Notes under the pieces: model-generated
Told to the model about the DNA's origin: nothing
Seen by the model: only the letters and a program-made list of their open reading frames with translations
Databases searched by the model: none
Part shown: one piece after another, positions 1-13,387 of the stretch
How the letters are laid out: each line of letters opens with the position of its first letter
How positions within the stretch are numbered: the stretch's first letter is position 1
NCBI GenBank assembly: GCA_965235115.1
Contig: OZ249436.1
Location: forward strand, 4,280,001 to 4,344,000
Length of the DNA stretch: 64,000 bases
Source: Laetmonice hystrix
Taxonomy: Eukaryota
Reading direction: 5' to 3'
Translations under genes and position numbers: made by a program

Positions 1-441
1 AATGACCAGCTATGTCATGTAAAGTTCAGGACTTCCTTAATCTGAGCTGGAGGGGAGCGTGTCTGGACCACGTGGTCACTCGATAGGTCCTCCGCTAAAT
101 CAGCTCCTTTAGTGACAATAGATCAGGTCAGTATGGATGAAAGGTCCTACAACATCCACATTAGGCGACTTCTTTATACTTAAAACTGGTCGTTCCTATC
201 GTCTTCCATTTCTGTCTGCAACTTCTCATATTGCCTCCTTTTAGAGGAACCCGAAGTACAAAACCCGAATATTATTTGAGGCCGTATTGAAGACCCACCA
301 ATGAGTAATGTAAATTGTGTGATCAGACAGTTTGCAAAGTTTCAAAATGTCACTAACTTTTAAATGGATGTGCAGGTGGGAGTGGTCATGGTACATCGGA
401 CCTGAAGGTAAACGTTTAGGTAATATCAAGATTTCGTGTGG

Positions 442-1654
442 ACTCTATAAGATTGGTGTAAAACTAGACCGGTTTCTGTAAGACCTCCGTGAGACTATAG
501 GGACCTAGATCTATACGCCTGTATGGGGGTTGGGCAGTCGGATACTCTATAAGATTGGTGTAAAACTATACCGGTTTCTGTAAGACCCCCGTGAGACTAT
601 AGGGACCTAGATCTATACGCCTGTATGGGGGTTGGGCAGTCGGATACTCTATAAGATTGGTGTAAAACTATACCGGTTTCTGTAAGACCTCCGTGAGACT
701 ATAGGGACCTAGATCTACGCCTGTATGGGGGTTGGGCAGTCGGATACTCTATAAGATTGGTGTAAAACTATACCGGTTTCTGTAAGACCTCCGTGAGACT
801 ATAGGGACCTAGATCTATACGCCTGTATGAGGGTTGGGCAGTCGGATACTCTATAAGATTGGTGTAAAACTATACCGGTTTCTGTAAGACTTCCATGCGA
901 CTATAGGGACCTAGATCTATACGCCTGTATGGGGGTTGGGCAGTCGGATACTCTATAAGATTGGTGTAAAACTATACCGGTTTCTGTAAGACTCCGTGAG
1001 ACTATAGGGACCTAGATCTATACGCCTGTATGGGGGTTGGGCAGTCGGATACTCTATAAGATTGGTGTAAAACTAGACCGGTTTCTGTAAGACCTCCATT
1101 AGACTATAGGGACCTAGATCTATACGCCTGTATGGGGGTTGGGCAGTCGGATACTCTATAAGATTGGTGTAAAACTATACCGGTTTCTGTAAGACCTCCG
1201 TGAGACTATATGGACCTAGATCTATACGCCTGTATGGGGGTTGGGCAGTCGGATACTCTCTAAGATTCGTGTAAAACTATACCGATTTCTGTAAGACCTC
1301 CGTGAGGGACCTAGATCTATACGCCTGTATGGGGGTTGGGCAGTCGGATACTCTATAAGATTGGTGTAAAACTATACCGGTTTCTGTAAGACCTTCGTGA
1401 GACTATAGGGACCTAGATCTATACGCCTGTATGGGGGTTGGGCAGTCGGATACTCTATAAGATTCGTGTAAAACTACACCGGTTTCTGTAAGACCTCCGT
1501 GAGACTATAGGGACCTAGATCTATACGCCTGTATGGGGGTTGGGCAGTCGGATACTCTATAAGATTGGTGTAAACTATACCGGTTTCTGTAAGACCTCCG
1601 TGAGGGACCTAGATCTATACGCCTGTATGGGGGTTGGGCAGTCGGATACTCTAT
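442..1654. repeat. Minisatellite, ~102 bp unit, ~12 copies
   Basis: Unit GATACTCTATAAGATTGGTGTAAAACTATACCGGTTTCTGTAAGACCTCCGTGAGACTATAGGGACCTAGATCTATACGCCTGTATGGGGGTTGGGCAGTCG recurs at 541, 643, etc. Confidence 0.95.
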
Positions 1655-3701
1655 GTGATGCAGACTACATGTATTCCCTGCAACACCACATGTTGCCTCA
1701 GTAAAATCTCAATTTTACGTCAACTGTAGGCTACCCAGGTAAGTCTAGTAAAATTTTACTATTTCAACTGAAATTCAAGTCGAAGACGTTTGATTACGTT
1801 TAATCTTTCATGGCACAATGTTTAATATAAAATTATGTTTAAACCTCATAAATGATATCCTAAGATGACGAAACAGTTGGTATGGTCCGTTTTGAAGGCG
1901 GAAGGAAGCACAGATCCTGCATGTTGCTTTGGTTTCCTGGTCTGATAAAGAATGTATTTGTCGGAGAGCTTTCACTGCTTCACCTTTAGACAGGCACCCC
2001 GAGGGACTTAGTATACGGCAGACACTGGCCATGGGTATAGGGTGTGGCGAGAACCGTTAGAACTATTATGGGATCATCTGAGGACTGCATGGGGAGATTA
2101 CCTCGTGTGTGCTCCAGCAGTCACCCAGAGCGTGAACCACTGCCGCTTGTATTACCATAATTGTTGGCAGGTGGTCGTGCAAACATTGACATCTCACAGA
2201 CTCGGCACGTGGCACCAGCGCTGAGAACGTACGCCCCGCTACACACATGATCAAAGGTTAACCCGCTATTCATCTTACTACCGCATCCACGGCGACAGGT
2301 CGGCATAAAGAACATCACAGAACTCAATTTTGAAATTATTTCCAAATCTTCCTCAAGTGATAAAAGTGGCAATAAAAGCGTTAGAAATGCCAGCTAATTT
2401 TCATATGTAGACGAATCTGTACAGAGCGGGGTTATCATTAGGTTATCCTATGTAGTGATTAATGATTAAGTAATTGAACGGAAATCCCTTCCTCCTTGAC
2501 CAGTGATGCAAACAATCTGCTTCAATTGGCAAATTTCATCCCATAACATGCCATTCGTTTCTTCCGCTCCGTCACGCTCAAACAATATGGCGCCAACTCA
2601 AGTCTCGTGCTCGCGAGATTCCCCGCGACCTGCTCGACCAATCATACAGCGGCGTGCTCCTCCGGCGTCTTCATGGCACGTGTTTAGCGTTGGTCCGGGA
2701 ACTATTTGTAAGAACTTTGGTCGTGTAACTCTGACAGGCTCAGTACAACTAGACCCCCATCTATCAGGGATGTGACAATGAAAGAGGTGGAACCCGAACG
2801 AAAGGGCGCGTGGCAAGATTCACTCGTCCAACCCTTATAAACAAAGCTTCCCTCGTTAATCATGTGGACCCTCTTTAACAGAGAATATCGTCTAAAATAA
2901 AATTACAAAGAAGGCTAGGATTGAAACTACACTGTGAACTACCTGCTGTACACACAAACATTAAAAAAACGTACAAACAAATTAATTTCTACCATTTTGT
3001 AGGCTACGATATAGTCTCAGAGAAGTACTGAAACGTGGCCATTGGGCCTAATTTGATAATAGAAAATCAACCTTGGTGAAAATTGTTATCCCAATTATGA
3101 AGTCTAGACATTCAGACCTGTCCATCACGGGTTTTTGTCGTCTATTTAAGAAAACAGAGAGAGAAAGGACGTGTGGTAATGAGCCTAATGTATCCGTATT
3201 TCACGGCTGAGAGGGCAGTGTAATGGCTGCCTTCCGCCCCGCTAGGTCTGTGCAGCCGTCGTCACAGAAATGGCACTCATTTAGTGAGGTGTGTGTGTGT
3301 TCACGGACGGACCGAACCGCGCATGCGCGAGCTGATCACGTGTGTTATCATTTACTAGCTGTGTGGTCCCGTTACCCCGTACCCCCCAACCATGCATACC
3401 CCACCCCCGGTATGAAGTCGTAACGTTGGTGATGGGGTCCCAACCCTAACCCCCTCCCGTACGTATGCAAGGGTTCTCATTAGCACATCACTGATGAGTT
3501 TACGACTGGGTCATGAGGACCACCAACGTACTGGTTCTAAGTTAGCGGGCTTCAGCAGGTGCCCTCTGGGTGGATGATAATGATCCTCAACGTCAGCAAA
3601 GGTCATTCTTAATAACATTACCTGAATTAATTAATGGTAATTAATTAGCATGAAGTACAATGTGAGTCAACCCGTTCACTTTCCTCTGTCACGATATGTT
3701 A

Positions 3702-6021
3702 ATGTTAGCGACATAGCCAGGTTCGGTGGGAGGGGGTGGGGGTGAGGATCAGGGTGTGGTATAGGTTTATGTTAGCGACATAGCCAGGTTCGGTCGGCGG
3801 GGGTGGGGGTGAGGATCAGGGTGTGGTATAGGTTTATGTTAGCGACATAGCCAGGTTCGGTGGGAGGGGGTGGGGGTGAGGATCAGGGTGTGGTATAGGT
3901 TTATGTTAGCGACATAGCCAGGTTCGGTGGGAGGGGGTGGGGGTGAGGATCAGGGTGTGGTATAGGTTTATGTTAGCGACATAGCCAGGTTCGGTCGGCG
4001 GGGGTGGGGGTGAGGATCAGGGTGTGGTATAGGTTTATGTTAGCGACATAGCCAGGTTCGGTGGGAGGGGGTGGGGGTAAGGATCAGGGTGTGGTATAGG
4101 TTTATGTTAGCGACATAGCCAGGTTCGGCGGGAGGGGGTGGGGGTGAGGATCAGGGTGTGGTATAGGTTTATGTTAGCGACATAGCCAGGTTCGGTGGGA
4201 GGGGGTGGGGGTGAGGATCAGGGTGTGGTATAGGTTTATGTTAGCGACATAGCCAGGTTCGGTGGGAGGGGGTGGGGGTGAGGATCAGGGTGTGGTATAG
4301 GTTTATGTTAGCGACATAGCCAGGTTCGGTGGGAGGGGGTGGGGGTGAGGATCAGGGTGTGGTATAGGTTTATGTTAGCGACATAGCCAGGTTCGGTGGG
4401 AGGGGGTGGGGGTGAGGATCAGGGTGTGGTATAGGTTTATGTTAGCGACATAGCCAGGTTCGGCGGGAGGGGGTGGGGGTGAGGATCAGGGTGTGGTATA
4501 GGTTTATGTTAGCGACATAGCCAGGTTCGGTGGGCGGGGGTGGGGGTATCAGGGTGTGGTATAGGTTTATGTTAGCGACATAGCCAGGTTCGGTGGGAGG
4601 GGTTGGGGGGGAGGATCAGGGTGTGGTATAGGTTTATGTTAGCGACATAGCCAGGTTCGGTGGGAGGGCGGGGGTGGGGGTGAGGATCAGGGTGTGGTAT
4701 AGGTTTATGTTAGCGACATAGCCAGGTTCGGTGGGAGGGGGTGGGGGTGAGGATCAGGGTGTGGTATAGGTTTATGTTAGCGACATAGCCAGGTTCGGTG
4801 GGAGGGGTGGGGGTGAGGATCAGGGTGTGGTATAGGTTTATGTTAGCGACATAGCCAGGTTCGGTGGGAGGGGGGGGGGGGTGAGGATCAGGGTGTGGTA
4901 TAGGTTTATGTTAGCGACATAGCCAGGTTCGGTGGGAGGGGGTGGGGGTGAGGATCAGGGTGTGGTATAGGTTTATGTTAGCGACATAGCCAGGTTCGGT
5001 GGGAGGGGTGGGGGTGGGGATCAGGGTGTGGTATAGGTTTATGTTAGCGACATAGCCAGGTTCGGTGGGAGGGGGTGGGGTAAGGATCAGGGTGTGGTAT
5101 AGGTTTATGTTAGCGACATAGCCAGGTTCGGTCGGCGGGGGTGGGGGTATCAGGGTGTGGTATAGGTTTATGTTAGCGACATAGCCAGGTTCGGTGGGAG
5201 GGGGTGGGGGTGAGGATCAGGGTGTGGTATAGGTTTATGTTAGCGACATAGCCAGGTTCGGTGGGAGGGGGTGGGGGTGAGGATCAGGGTGTGGTATAGG
5301 TTTATGTTAGCGACATAGCCAGGTTCGGTGGGAGGGGGTGAGGATCAGGGTGTGGTATAGGTTTATGTTAGCGACATAGCCAGGTTCGGTGGGAGGGGGT
5401 GGGGGTGAGGATCAGGGTGTGGTATAGGTTTATGTTAGCGACATAGCCAGGTTCGGTGGGAGGGGGTGGGGGTGAGGATCAGGGTGTGGTATAGGTTTAT
5501 GTTAGCGACATAGCCAGGTTCGGTCGGCGGGGGTGGGGGTGAGGATCAGGGTGTGGTATAGGTTTATGTTAGCGACATAGCCAGGTTCGGTGGGAGGGGG
5601 TGGGGGTGAGGATCAGGGTGTGGTATAGGTTTATGTTAGCGACATAGCCAGGTTCGGTCGGAGGGAGTGGGGGTGAGGATCAGGGTGTGGTATAGGTTTA
5701 TGTTAGCGACATAGCCAGGTTCGGTGGGAGGGGGTGGGGGTGAGGATCAGGGTGTGGTATAGGTTTATGTTAGCGACATAGCCAGGTTCGGTGGGAGGGG
5801 GTGGGGTGAGGATCAGGGTGTGGTATAGGTTTATGTTAGCGACATAGCCAGGTTCGGTGGGAGGGGGTGGGGGTGAGGATCAGGGTGTGGTATAGGTTTA
5901 TGTTAGCGACATAGCCAGGTTCGGTGGGAGGGGGTGGGGGCGAGGATCAGGGTGTGGTATAGGTTTATGTTAGCGACATAGCCAGGTTCGGTCAGATGGG
6001 GTGGGGTGAGGATCAGGGTGT
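3702..6021 (+). repeat. G-rich minisatellite, 67 bp unit, ~35 copies
   Basis: Unit ATGTTAGCGACATAGCCAGGTTCGGTGGGAGGGGGTGGGGGTGAGGATCAGGGTGTGGTATAGGTTT at 3702, 3769, etc. Variation is concentrated in the G-tracts. Confidence 0.96.
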
Positions 6022-6146
6022 ATAGATAAAGTTTCAATGCGGCAGCGGATAGCCACCCGTCTTCCGCGATATGGCGCTTGAGTAGGTAGGCTATATATCA
6101 AAGTAAAATTGAATTGCGCGTTTATTATGTTTCAATGAATTTGACG

Positions 6147-6219
6147 TTGCATAAATTCCCGCTCGCTAAAATTGCCATTGAAATTCAATGGCAATTTTAG
6201 CGAGCGGGAATTTGTGCAA
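6147..6219. repeat. Near-perfect 73 bp palindrome (36 bp arms, 1 nt centre, 1 mismatch)
   Basis: TTGCATAAATTCCCGCTCGCTAAAATTGCCATTGAA-A-TTCAATGGCAATTTTAGCGAGCGGGAATTTGTGCAA. Confidence 0.93.
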
Positions 6220-6417
6220 GGGGTGGATCTCGTGGATGTTTGTGGTCTGAGAGTGTGTGCGTAACGTAGGCGTACTCACTGGTTCAATGTTTCAGACAGA
6301 AACTATATCTGAATATATCTTCTTCCGTGACCGATTCAGCATTGTATGGTTCATTCCGTGGTTTTAGTAATGGTTATGGCATGGGAACAGTCTAAGGGAA
6401 CCATGAAATTACATAAA

Positions 6418-6525
6418 CCTCTTTTCTCTCTGTCTCTCTCTATCTCTCTGTCTTCCTCTGTCTGTCTCTGTCTCTGTCTATTTCTCTCTGTCTGTCTCTC
6501 TCTCTGTTTCTGTCTCTCTCTCTCA
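6418..6525. repeat. Degenerate CT/CTGT microsatellite
   Basis: Pyrimidine-rich (CT)n/(CTGT)n tract. Confidence 0.85.
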
Positions 6526-7006
6526 GGTCTTTCTCTCGTCATTTAAACAGGCCAACATATAAAAATAGACCGCTAAAGGTATAGTAAATCGCCGTTTGCT
6601 CATGTTAATTCGTTGTAGTATACTATAAGCACGATTACCCCTTTTTATATTTTATTTAATTAAAAAAAAGTATTTATTTATTATTTATTCACAGCGGTCC
6701 AGCTGGATCCAGGATGCTGTAGCTTGTATCTACAAAACGTCATGGTCTGTGAAACTGTCTGTGGTCACACCGTCACGCAACTTGACGGTTGAGTGGCGCG
6801 TGTCACCCCTATATACCCCCTCCCTGTACCCCGAGCAGGGTCCTCACGACGGTTACAACCCGGCCCAGTGTACCCCGGCCACACCGCCCGTGCCCATCAC
6901 CCCGGCCTGCCGGCTGCTCTGGTCCCCGCGCACCTGGCCCGCCCTACCGTCCGACTAGTCTAAAGAATTGACACGTCGGATTGCCAAACGTGAATGGCGA
7001 CTATCA

Positions 7007-7019
7007 TGCCCCCTGGCGG
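7007..7019 (-). promoter_or_regulatory. Candidate CTCF site
   Basis: Reverse complement is CCGCCAGGGGGCA. Confidence 0.4.
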
Positions 7020-7809
7020 TGGGCATTGTTCCGCTGGCTTGGAGTATTGTCAGACTTTCAGGCCAATACCACTATAAATGGGCAGGCTCGCATGCCAGGA
7101 CACAGCGCGTAATTTAAAATATCTCCAACCAACCAACTATTTAACCACTCAACCAAACAAACCTTTCAAAAATTCAATCTCCTCTAAAGTCTGAAGCACT
7201 TTTCTGTTGACATCCACTCTTACATTCCATGCCCCGACCATGATGAAGTGTCTGGTTTAGACCTTTAGGTTGAAGGAGGTATCAACCTTCAGAATCGTAA
7301 CGTTTAGCTCTTCAAGGGTTAACTAGACGGGACCTATATAATTTATTTTTAATACAACTATTTTTAAATATTATCCGAGTAGCCAGGGCTTCTATTGTCA
7401 CGCAAACCGTCATTGCAGGATGCACACAACCTTTCCGATAGCTGCCAGATGCAGGACGTATATAGGCCTATCGTGTCCAAAGTCTTATCTTATACAATTC
7501 TATAATATATTATAGAAATAATGGTTTTATATTAAACTTGCCTAACCAAACATGCGTATACAGGATAGGGAAAATGATGACTGCAGCGTAAGTCCAAAGA
7601 GCTACAAGTTACTTTGCCACGAAGTGTTCTAGAAGTTTGAGAAATTGTCAAGGGCGGGTATACAAAGTACTCCACCTGTATACCTTATTCTTATGATTCA
7701 GATAATCAATATAGACGTATAGGGGTAAGATGTAGGTCCTTACAGATCTCGCTCGAACACTATAGTTGAGGGGATTCTTGACAGATCCAGTTACCGTACC
7801 ATCCTACGA

Positions 7810-9043
7810 TTTCCTGGGCCTGAGGCCGCGATAGAAACAGAGATGCCCATATAGCTGGGCAGTTTCCGTCATCTAGGAATTTCCTGGGCCTGCAGGCCGA
7901 TAGAAACAGAGATGCCCATATAGCTGGGTGGTTTCCGTCATCTAGGAATTTCCTGGGCCTGAGGCCGATAGAAACAGAGATGCCCGTATAGCTGGGCAGT
8001 TTCCGTCATCTAGGAATTTCCTGGGCCTGAGGCCGATAGAAACAGAGATGCCCATATAGCTGGGTGGTTTCCGTCATCTATAGGAATTTCCTGGGCCTGA
8101 GGCCGATAGAAACAGAGATGCCCATATAGCTGGGTGGTTTCCGTCATCTAGGAATTTCCTGGGCCTGAGGCCGATAGAAACAGAGATGCCCATATAGCTG
8201 GGCAGTTTCCGTCATCTAGGAATTCCCTGGGCCTATAGGCCGATAGAAACAGAGATGCCCATATAGCTGGGCAGTTTCCGTCATCTAGGAATTTCCTGGG
8301 CCTGAGGCCGATAGAAACAGAGATGCCCATATAGCTGGGCAGTTTCCGTCATCTAGGAATTTCCTGGGCCTGAGGCCGATAGAAACAGAGATGCCCATAT
8401 AGCTGGGTGGTTTCCGTCATCTAGGAATTTCCTGGGCCTGAGGTCGATAGAAACAGAGATGCCGATATAGCTGGGTGGTTTCCGTCATCTAGGAATTTCC
8501 TGGGCCTGAGGCCGATAGAAACAGAGATGCCGATATAGCTGGGTGGTTTCCGTCATCTAGGAATTTCCTGGGCCTGAGGTCGATAGAAACAGAGATGCCG
8601 ATATAGCTGGGTGGTTTCCGTCATCTAGGAATTTCCTGGGCCTGAGGCCGATAGAAACAGAGATGCCCATATAGCTGGGTGGTTTCCGTCATCTGGGAAT
8701 TTCCTGGGCCTGAGGCCGATAGAAACAGAGATGCCCATATAGCTGGGTGGTTTCCGTCATCTAGGAATTTCCTGGGCCTGAGGCCGATAGAAACAGAGAT
8801 GCCCATATAGCTGGGTGGTTTCCGTCATCTAGGAATTTCCTGGGCCTGAGGCCGATAGAAACAGAGATGCCCATATAGCTGGGTGGTTTCCGTCATCTAG
8901 GAATTTCCTGGGCCTGAGGCCGATAGAAACAGAAATGCCCGTATAGCTGGGCAGTTTCCGTCATCTAGGAATTTCCTGGGCCTGAGGCCGATAGAAACAG
9001 AGATGCCCATATATAGCTGGGCAGTTTCCGTCATAGGAATTTC
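7810..9043. repeat. Minisatellite, 68 bp unit, ~18 copies
   Basis: Unit TTTCCTGGGCCTGAGGCCGATAGAAACAGAGATGCCCATATAGCTGGG(TG/CA)GTTTCCGTCATCTAGGAA; period 68 (8361 to 8429). Confidence 0.95.
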
Positions 9044-10346
9044 CCGAAGAATGCACGTTGGGACATTATCATTGTGTCAAGACGGGTCGATGGTTGGTGA
9101 TCGTATGCCCTGCGGGAGAGATGCTACCATCAATGATAGACTAATGGGAGTCCCACATAGAACAGACCGGGGACAGTTGTCAAACACTTCGTATACTTTC
9201 TTCAAACAATACCTGGCTTGTAATCAGACACACTCCCAACAAAAACAATCACTGGGTGCTCAGAATGGGTCGGTAATTTCCCTGACATTGCGCGACCCAT
9301 GAGAATGGATTCAGAGCAAAAGTCGACTTCTAATGGCCGGAAACTGGGAGTGAAATTACACGTTGGGAGGGTTTGTAGCGAGTGATGGAGGTTGTTTGGG
9401 TACAGCCTCCTTGTTTGCGTGGTCGGTGCTCTAATGGTGCGGGCGCGGGGCGGTGGGTAGGCCGGGGGCGGACGTGCCGCGGTCCGTGCGGCGGGCAGGC
9501 CAGGGGCGGGGCGGCGGTAAGCGGCCCGGCCCAGGCGGGTGTGCCGTGACCACGGGACGTAATTAGGGCGTGCCGAGGAGCGCGTGCCCGACCACCACAC
9601 AGCCACGCTAATCATACACACACCTATGTACCTTCTATACTTCACAGATGCGCTCACTGTCACTTCAAGCGCGTAACGACACGAGAACAATCAGACTTCC
9701 TTCAACCGAACGCCCATTACACCCATTATATGTTTTTTAAGTTCCTCAAAGAATAGTCTATAGAGAACCTATGGACACTATACCAGTATATGACTACACA
9801 CGTATGCACAACCTATAGCATCCTAAGAAAATCTTCACATATCTATTGACCTACTCAAAGTTATAATAAATTATGGCTGCAACGGAGTTGGGTTTCTTTG
9901 AGTAGCTTTTATTTTTATGGGCCACTTTATATACCGATATTGCATGTTTAGGGGCTACGTCTATTTTCTTTCGTGCCAAGCAACACTTTCTTCAGGGCCT
10001 CTCTAGTTTGGTGATGAGTCGCCAGGGTGTCTATGGTTTGCAAGTACCGGAGATAAGATGTATAATTTTTAGTTTTTGTTGTTCCTTAAGGCCTTATACA
10101 AAGGTCATTTTCATGAATAAAAATTACTTCATTGAAATATTAAAACATAGATGTTGTACATACAGGGGGGGGGGGGGGTTACAAGTGAGTAAAACCTCCC
10201 TGAAGGGGGTTCGTTCAGTAAATACTTTCCTCGGTATCTTTGCACGCACTCGTGTATAATGTATGGAGGAATGGCCCTAGACAGGTGACACCTGAGGGAC
10301 CTTGCTTCCATTGACATCAGGACCTTCACAAGTACATTTAAACTGC

Positions 10347-12116
10347 CACTGTTTGACTGACCTGTGAGTAGTACATTTATACTGGTCGTGTACTCGGGTC
10401 ACTGTTTGACTGACCTGTGAGTAGTACATTTATACTGGTCGTGTACTCGGGTCACTGTTTGACTGACCTGTGAGTAGTACATTTATACTGGTCGTGTACT
10501 CGGGTCACTGTTTGACTGACCTGTGAGTAGTACATTTATACTGGTCGTGTACTCGGGTCACTGTTTGACTGACCTGTGAGTAGTACATTTATACTGGTCG
10601 TGTACTCGGGTCACTGTTTGACTGACCTGTGAGTAGTACATTTATACTGGTCGTGTACTCGGGTCACTGTTTGACTGACCTGTGAGTAGTACATTTATAC
10701 TGGTCGTGTACTCGGGTCACAGTTTGACTGACCTGTGAGTAGTACATTTATACTGGTCGTGTACTCGGGCCACTGTTTGACTGACCTGTGAGTAGTACAT
10801 TTATACTGGTCGTGTACTCGGGTCACTGTTTGACTGACCTGTGAGTAGTACATTTATACTGGTCGTGTACTCGGGTCACAGTTTGACTGACCTGTGAGTA
10901 GTACATTTATACTGGTCGTGTACTCGGGTCACTGTTTGACTGACCTGTGAGTAGTACATTTATACTGGTCGTGTACTCGGGTCACTGTTTGACTGACCTG
11001 TGAGTAGTACATTTATACTGGTCGTGTACTCGGGTCACTGTTTGACTGACCTGTGAGTAGTACATTTATACTGGTCGTGTACTCGGGTCACTGTTTGACT
11101 GACCTGTGAGTAGTACATTTATACTGGTCGTGTACTCGGGTCACTGTTTGACTGACCTGTGAGTTGTACATTTATACTGGTCGTGTACTCGGGTCACTGT
11201 TTGACTGAACTGTGAGTAGTACATTTATACTGGTCGTACGTATCCCGGTCACTGTTTGACTGACCTGTGAGTAGTACATTTATACTGGTCGTGTACTCGG
11301 GCCACTGTTTGACTGACCTGTGAGTAGTACATTTATACTGGTCGTGTACTCGGGTCACTGTTTGACTGACCTGTGAGTAGTACATTTATACTGGTCGTGT
11401 ACTCGGGTCACAGTTTGACTGACCTGTGAGTAGTACATTTATACTGGTCGTGTACTCGGGTCACTGTTTGACTGACCTGTGAGTTGTACATTTATACTGG
11501 TCGTGTACTCGGGTCACTGTTTGACTGAACTGTGAGTAGTACATTTATACTGGTCGTACGTATCCCGGTCACTGTTTGACTGACCTGTGAGTAGTACATT
11601 TATACTGGTCATGTACTCGGGCCACTGTTTGACTGACCTGTGAGTAGTACATTTATACTGGTCGTGTACTCGGGTCATTGTTTGACTTACCTGTGAGTAG
11701 TACATGTACATTTATACTGGTCGTGTACTCGGGCCACTGTTTGACTTACCTGTGAGTAGTACATTTATACTGGTCGTAGTACATTAATACCTGTGAGTAG
11801 TACATTTATGCAGGCCGTAGTACATTTATACCTGTAAGTAGTACATTTATGCAGGCCGTAGTATATTTATACCTGTGAGTAGTACATTTATACTGGTCGT
11901 GTACTCGGGTCACTGTTTGACTGACCTGTGAGTAGTACATTTATGCAGGCCGTAGTACATTTATAGCTGTAAGTAGTACATTTATGCAGGCCGTAGTATA
12001 TTTATACCTGTGAGTAGTACATTTATACTGGTCGTGTACTCGGGTCACTGTTTGACTGACCTCTGAGTAGTACATTTATGCAGGCCGTAGTACATTTATA
12101 GCTGTAAGTAGTACAT
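10347..12116. repeat. Minisatellite, 53 bp unit, ~27 copies plus rearranged tail
   Basis: Unit CACTGTTTGACTGACCTGTGAGTAGTACATTTATACTGGTCGTGTACTCGGGT. From ~11770 it degenerates into mosaics of AGTACATTTAT sub-repeats. Confidence 0.95.
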
Positions 12117-13387
12117 GGCGAGTGGCCGTTGTGTCACCAAACAACTTAAGTCGGCCATGTCTGTACGCGTACCTTGATTATATAGCTCGCGTGTCTCGCC
12201 GATGCCGCATGATTATAGGCAGCGTGCAATAGTAAATTTGTATTTCATTCTCATCCATTGTGAGCCACGCTTCGTATAGTCCTTTAATTTGACGATAGCC
12301 TTGAGTAGAGAGTGTGATTAGAACGATGTTTGTCTATAGAAATTGACGGACAGGTGCTCGGATTGCTGTCAGGCGGCTCCTATGATGTCTCGACACCAAA
12401 TCATTTGGAATGAATGTGTCGCACGCATTAAGAGCCCCGGGGATAGCAAGCGTGTCCGTTTATTCTTCCTAGAAATCGTTCCGGGAAGGCCCCGCCCAGG
12501 CAGTGTTACGGCTCCATGCGCCTGGAGACAGAGGTCAATTGGAGACAATGGGGTTTAGGAAAACAATTGTACCGCCGGCGGCTGACCAAAGGACCAGGCG
12601 ATGGGACCCGGGGAGTGGTTTACGGCCTGTGAATGCATTAATAAATCAAAATTACAATCAGAGGCAACAGTTTATTGTGCGTTATGTCTTTGAGTGGCCA
12701 GTCTCACCTGGAGCGCGACGCCTCCTGCAAGGAACGCTAGCTTTGATCCACTCCGTCCTGCACGTGTGTGCGGCGTGTGTCTTTTATAACATAGAGAGTT
12801 GTAGAGAGGACTTGCCCAGCGTGCAGTGTGACATTCACTGCTCACTTGGAGCGGGCACGGGGTGGGGCCAAACTCGCCCACGCGTCCCCCGCCATTGTTT
12901 TCTCTTTCGGACTCGTTTTGATGTACTTCTTTTTATGTTGTATACGAACTTAGAAAATTGCTCTCTCTACACGTCACGCTTTCGTTGCCTTCCAAGTCGA
13001 TGTGTCTGACATAAATCAGGGAGGCCCCTAAGTGCGGCCGCGCTATGCTCGCATGACTGCACGTTTAGTAGGAGCTCGTGGTATAGTGCCATTGTTTGCC
13101 ACGTTGTGTGCGCAGTGAAGGTGGGGCAGGGGGCTGTGACTTGGTGGTCGGGGTGGCCGGGCAGTCGGTGCCGGGGTCCCTTATACAGGGTGTCCCAAGA
13201 AAATTGCACAACCATATTTTCACACCTATCACATTTGCGGGCTTCACATTATGTTAGAGGATATCTTTTTCAAGAATAATGGTCTTGAATTCATCTTGAT
13301 TGGCCAAAGCATTCATGAATTATGTTAGTTTTTGCCTCTGAATGGAACTGTCAGCCAGCGTGATGTCCATGAGGATTACATATCAGG

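Noticed and set aside
1..3400. Short 60-90 aa ORFs at the window start as possible exons or TE remnants
   Set aside because: No recognisable protein motifs (RT, integrase, transposase) and no consistent exon chain. Small exons of another gene cannot be excluded without RNA data.
7060..7110. CCAAT and TATAAA promoter-like pair
   Set aside because: The spacing is too tight and no downstream exon or ORF is evident.
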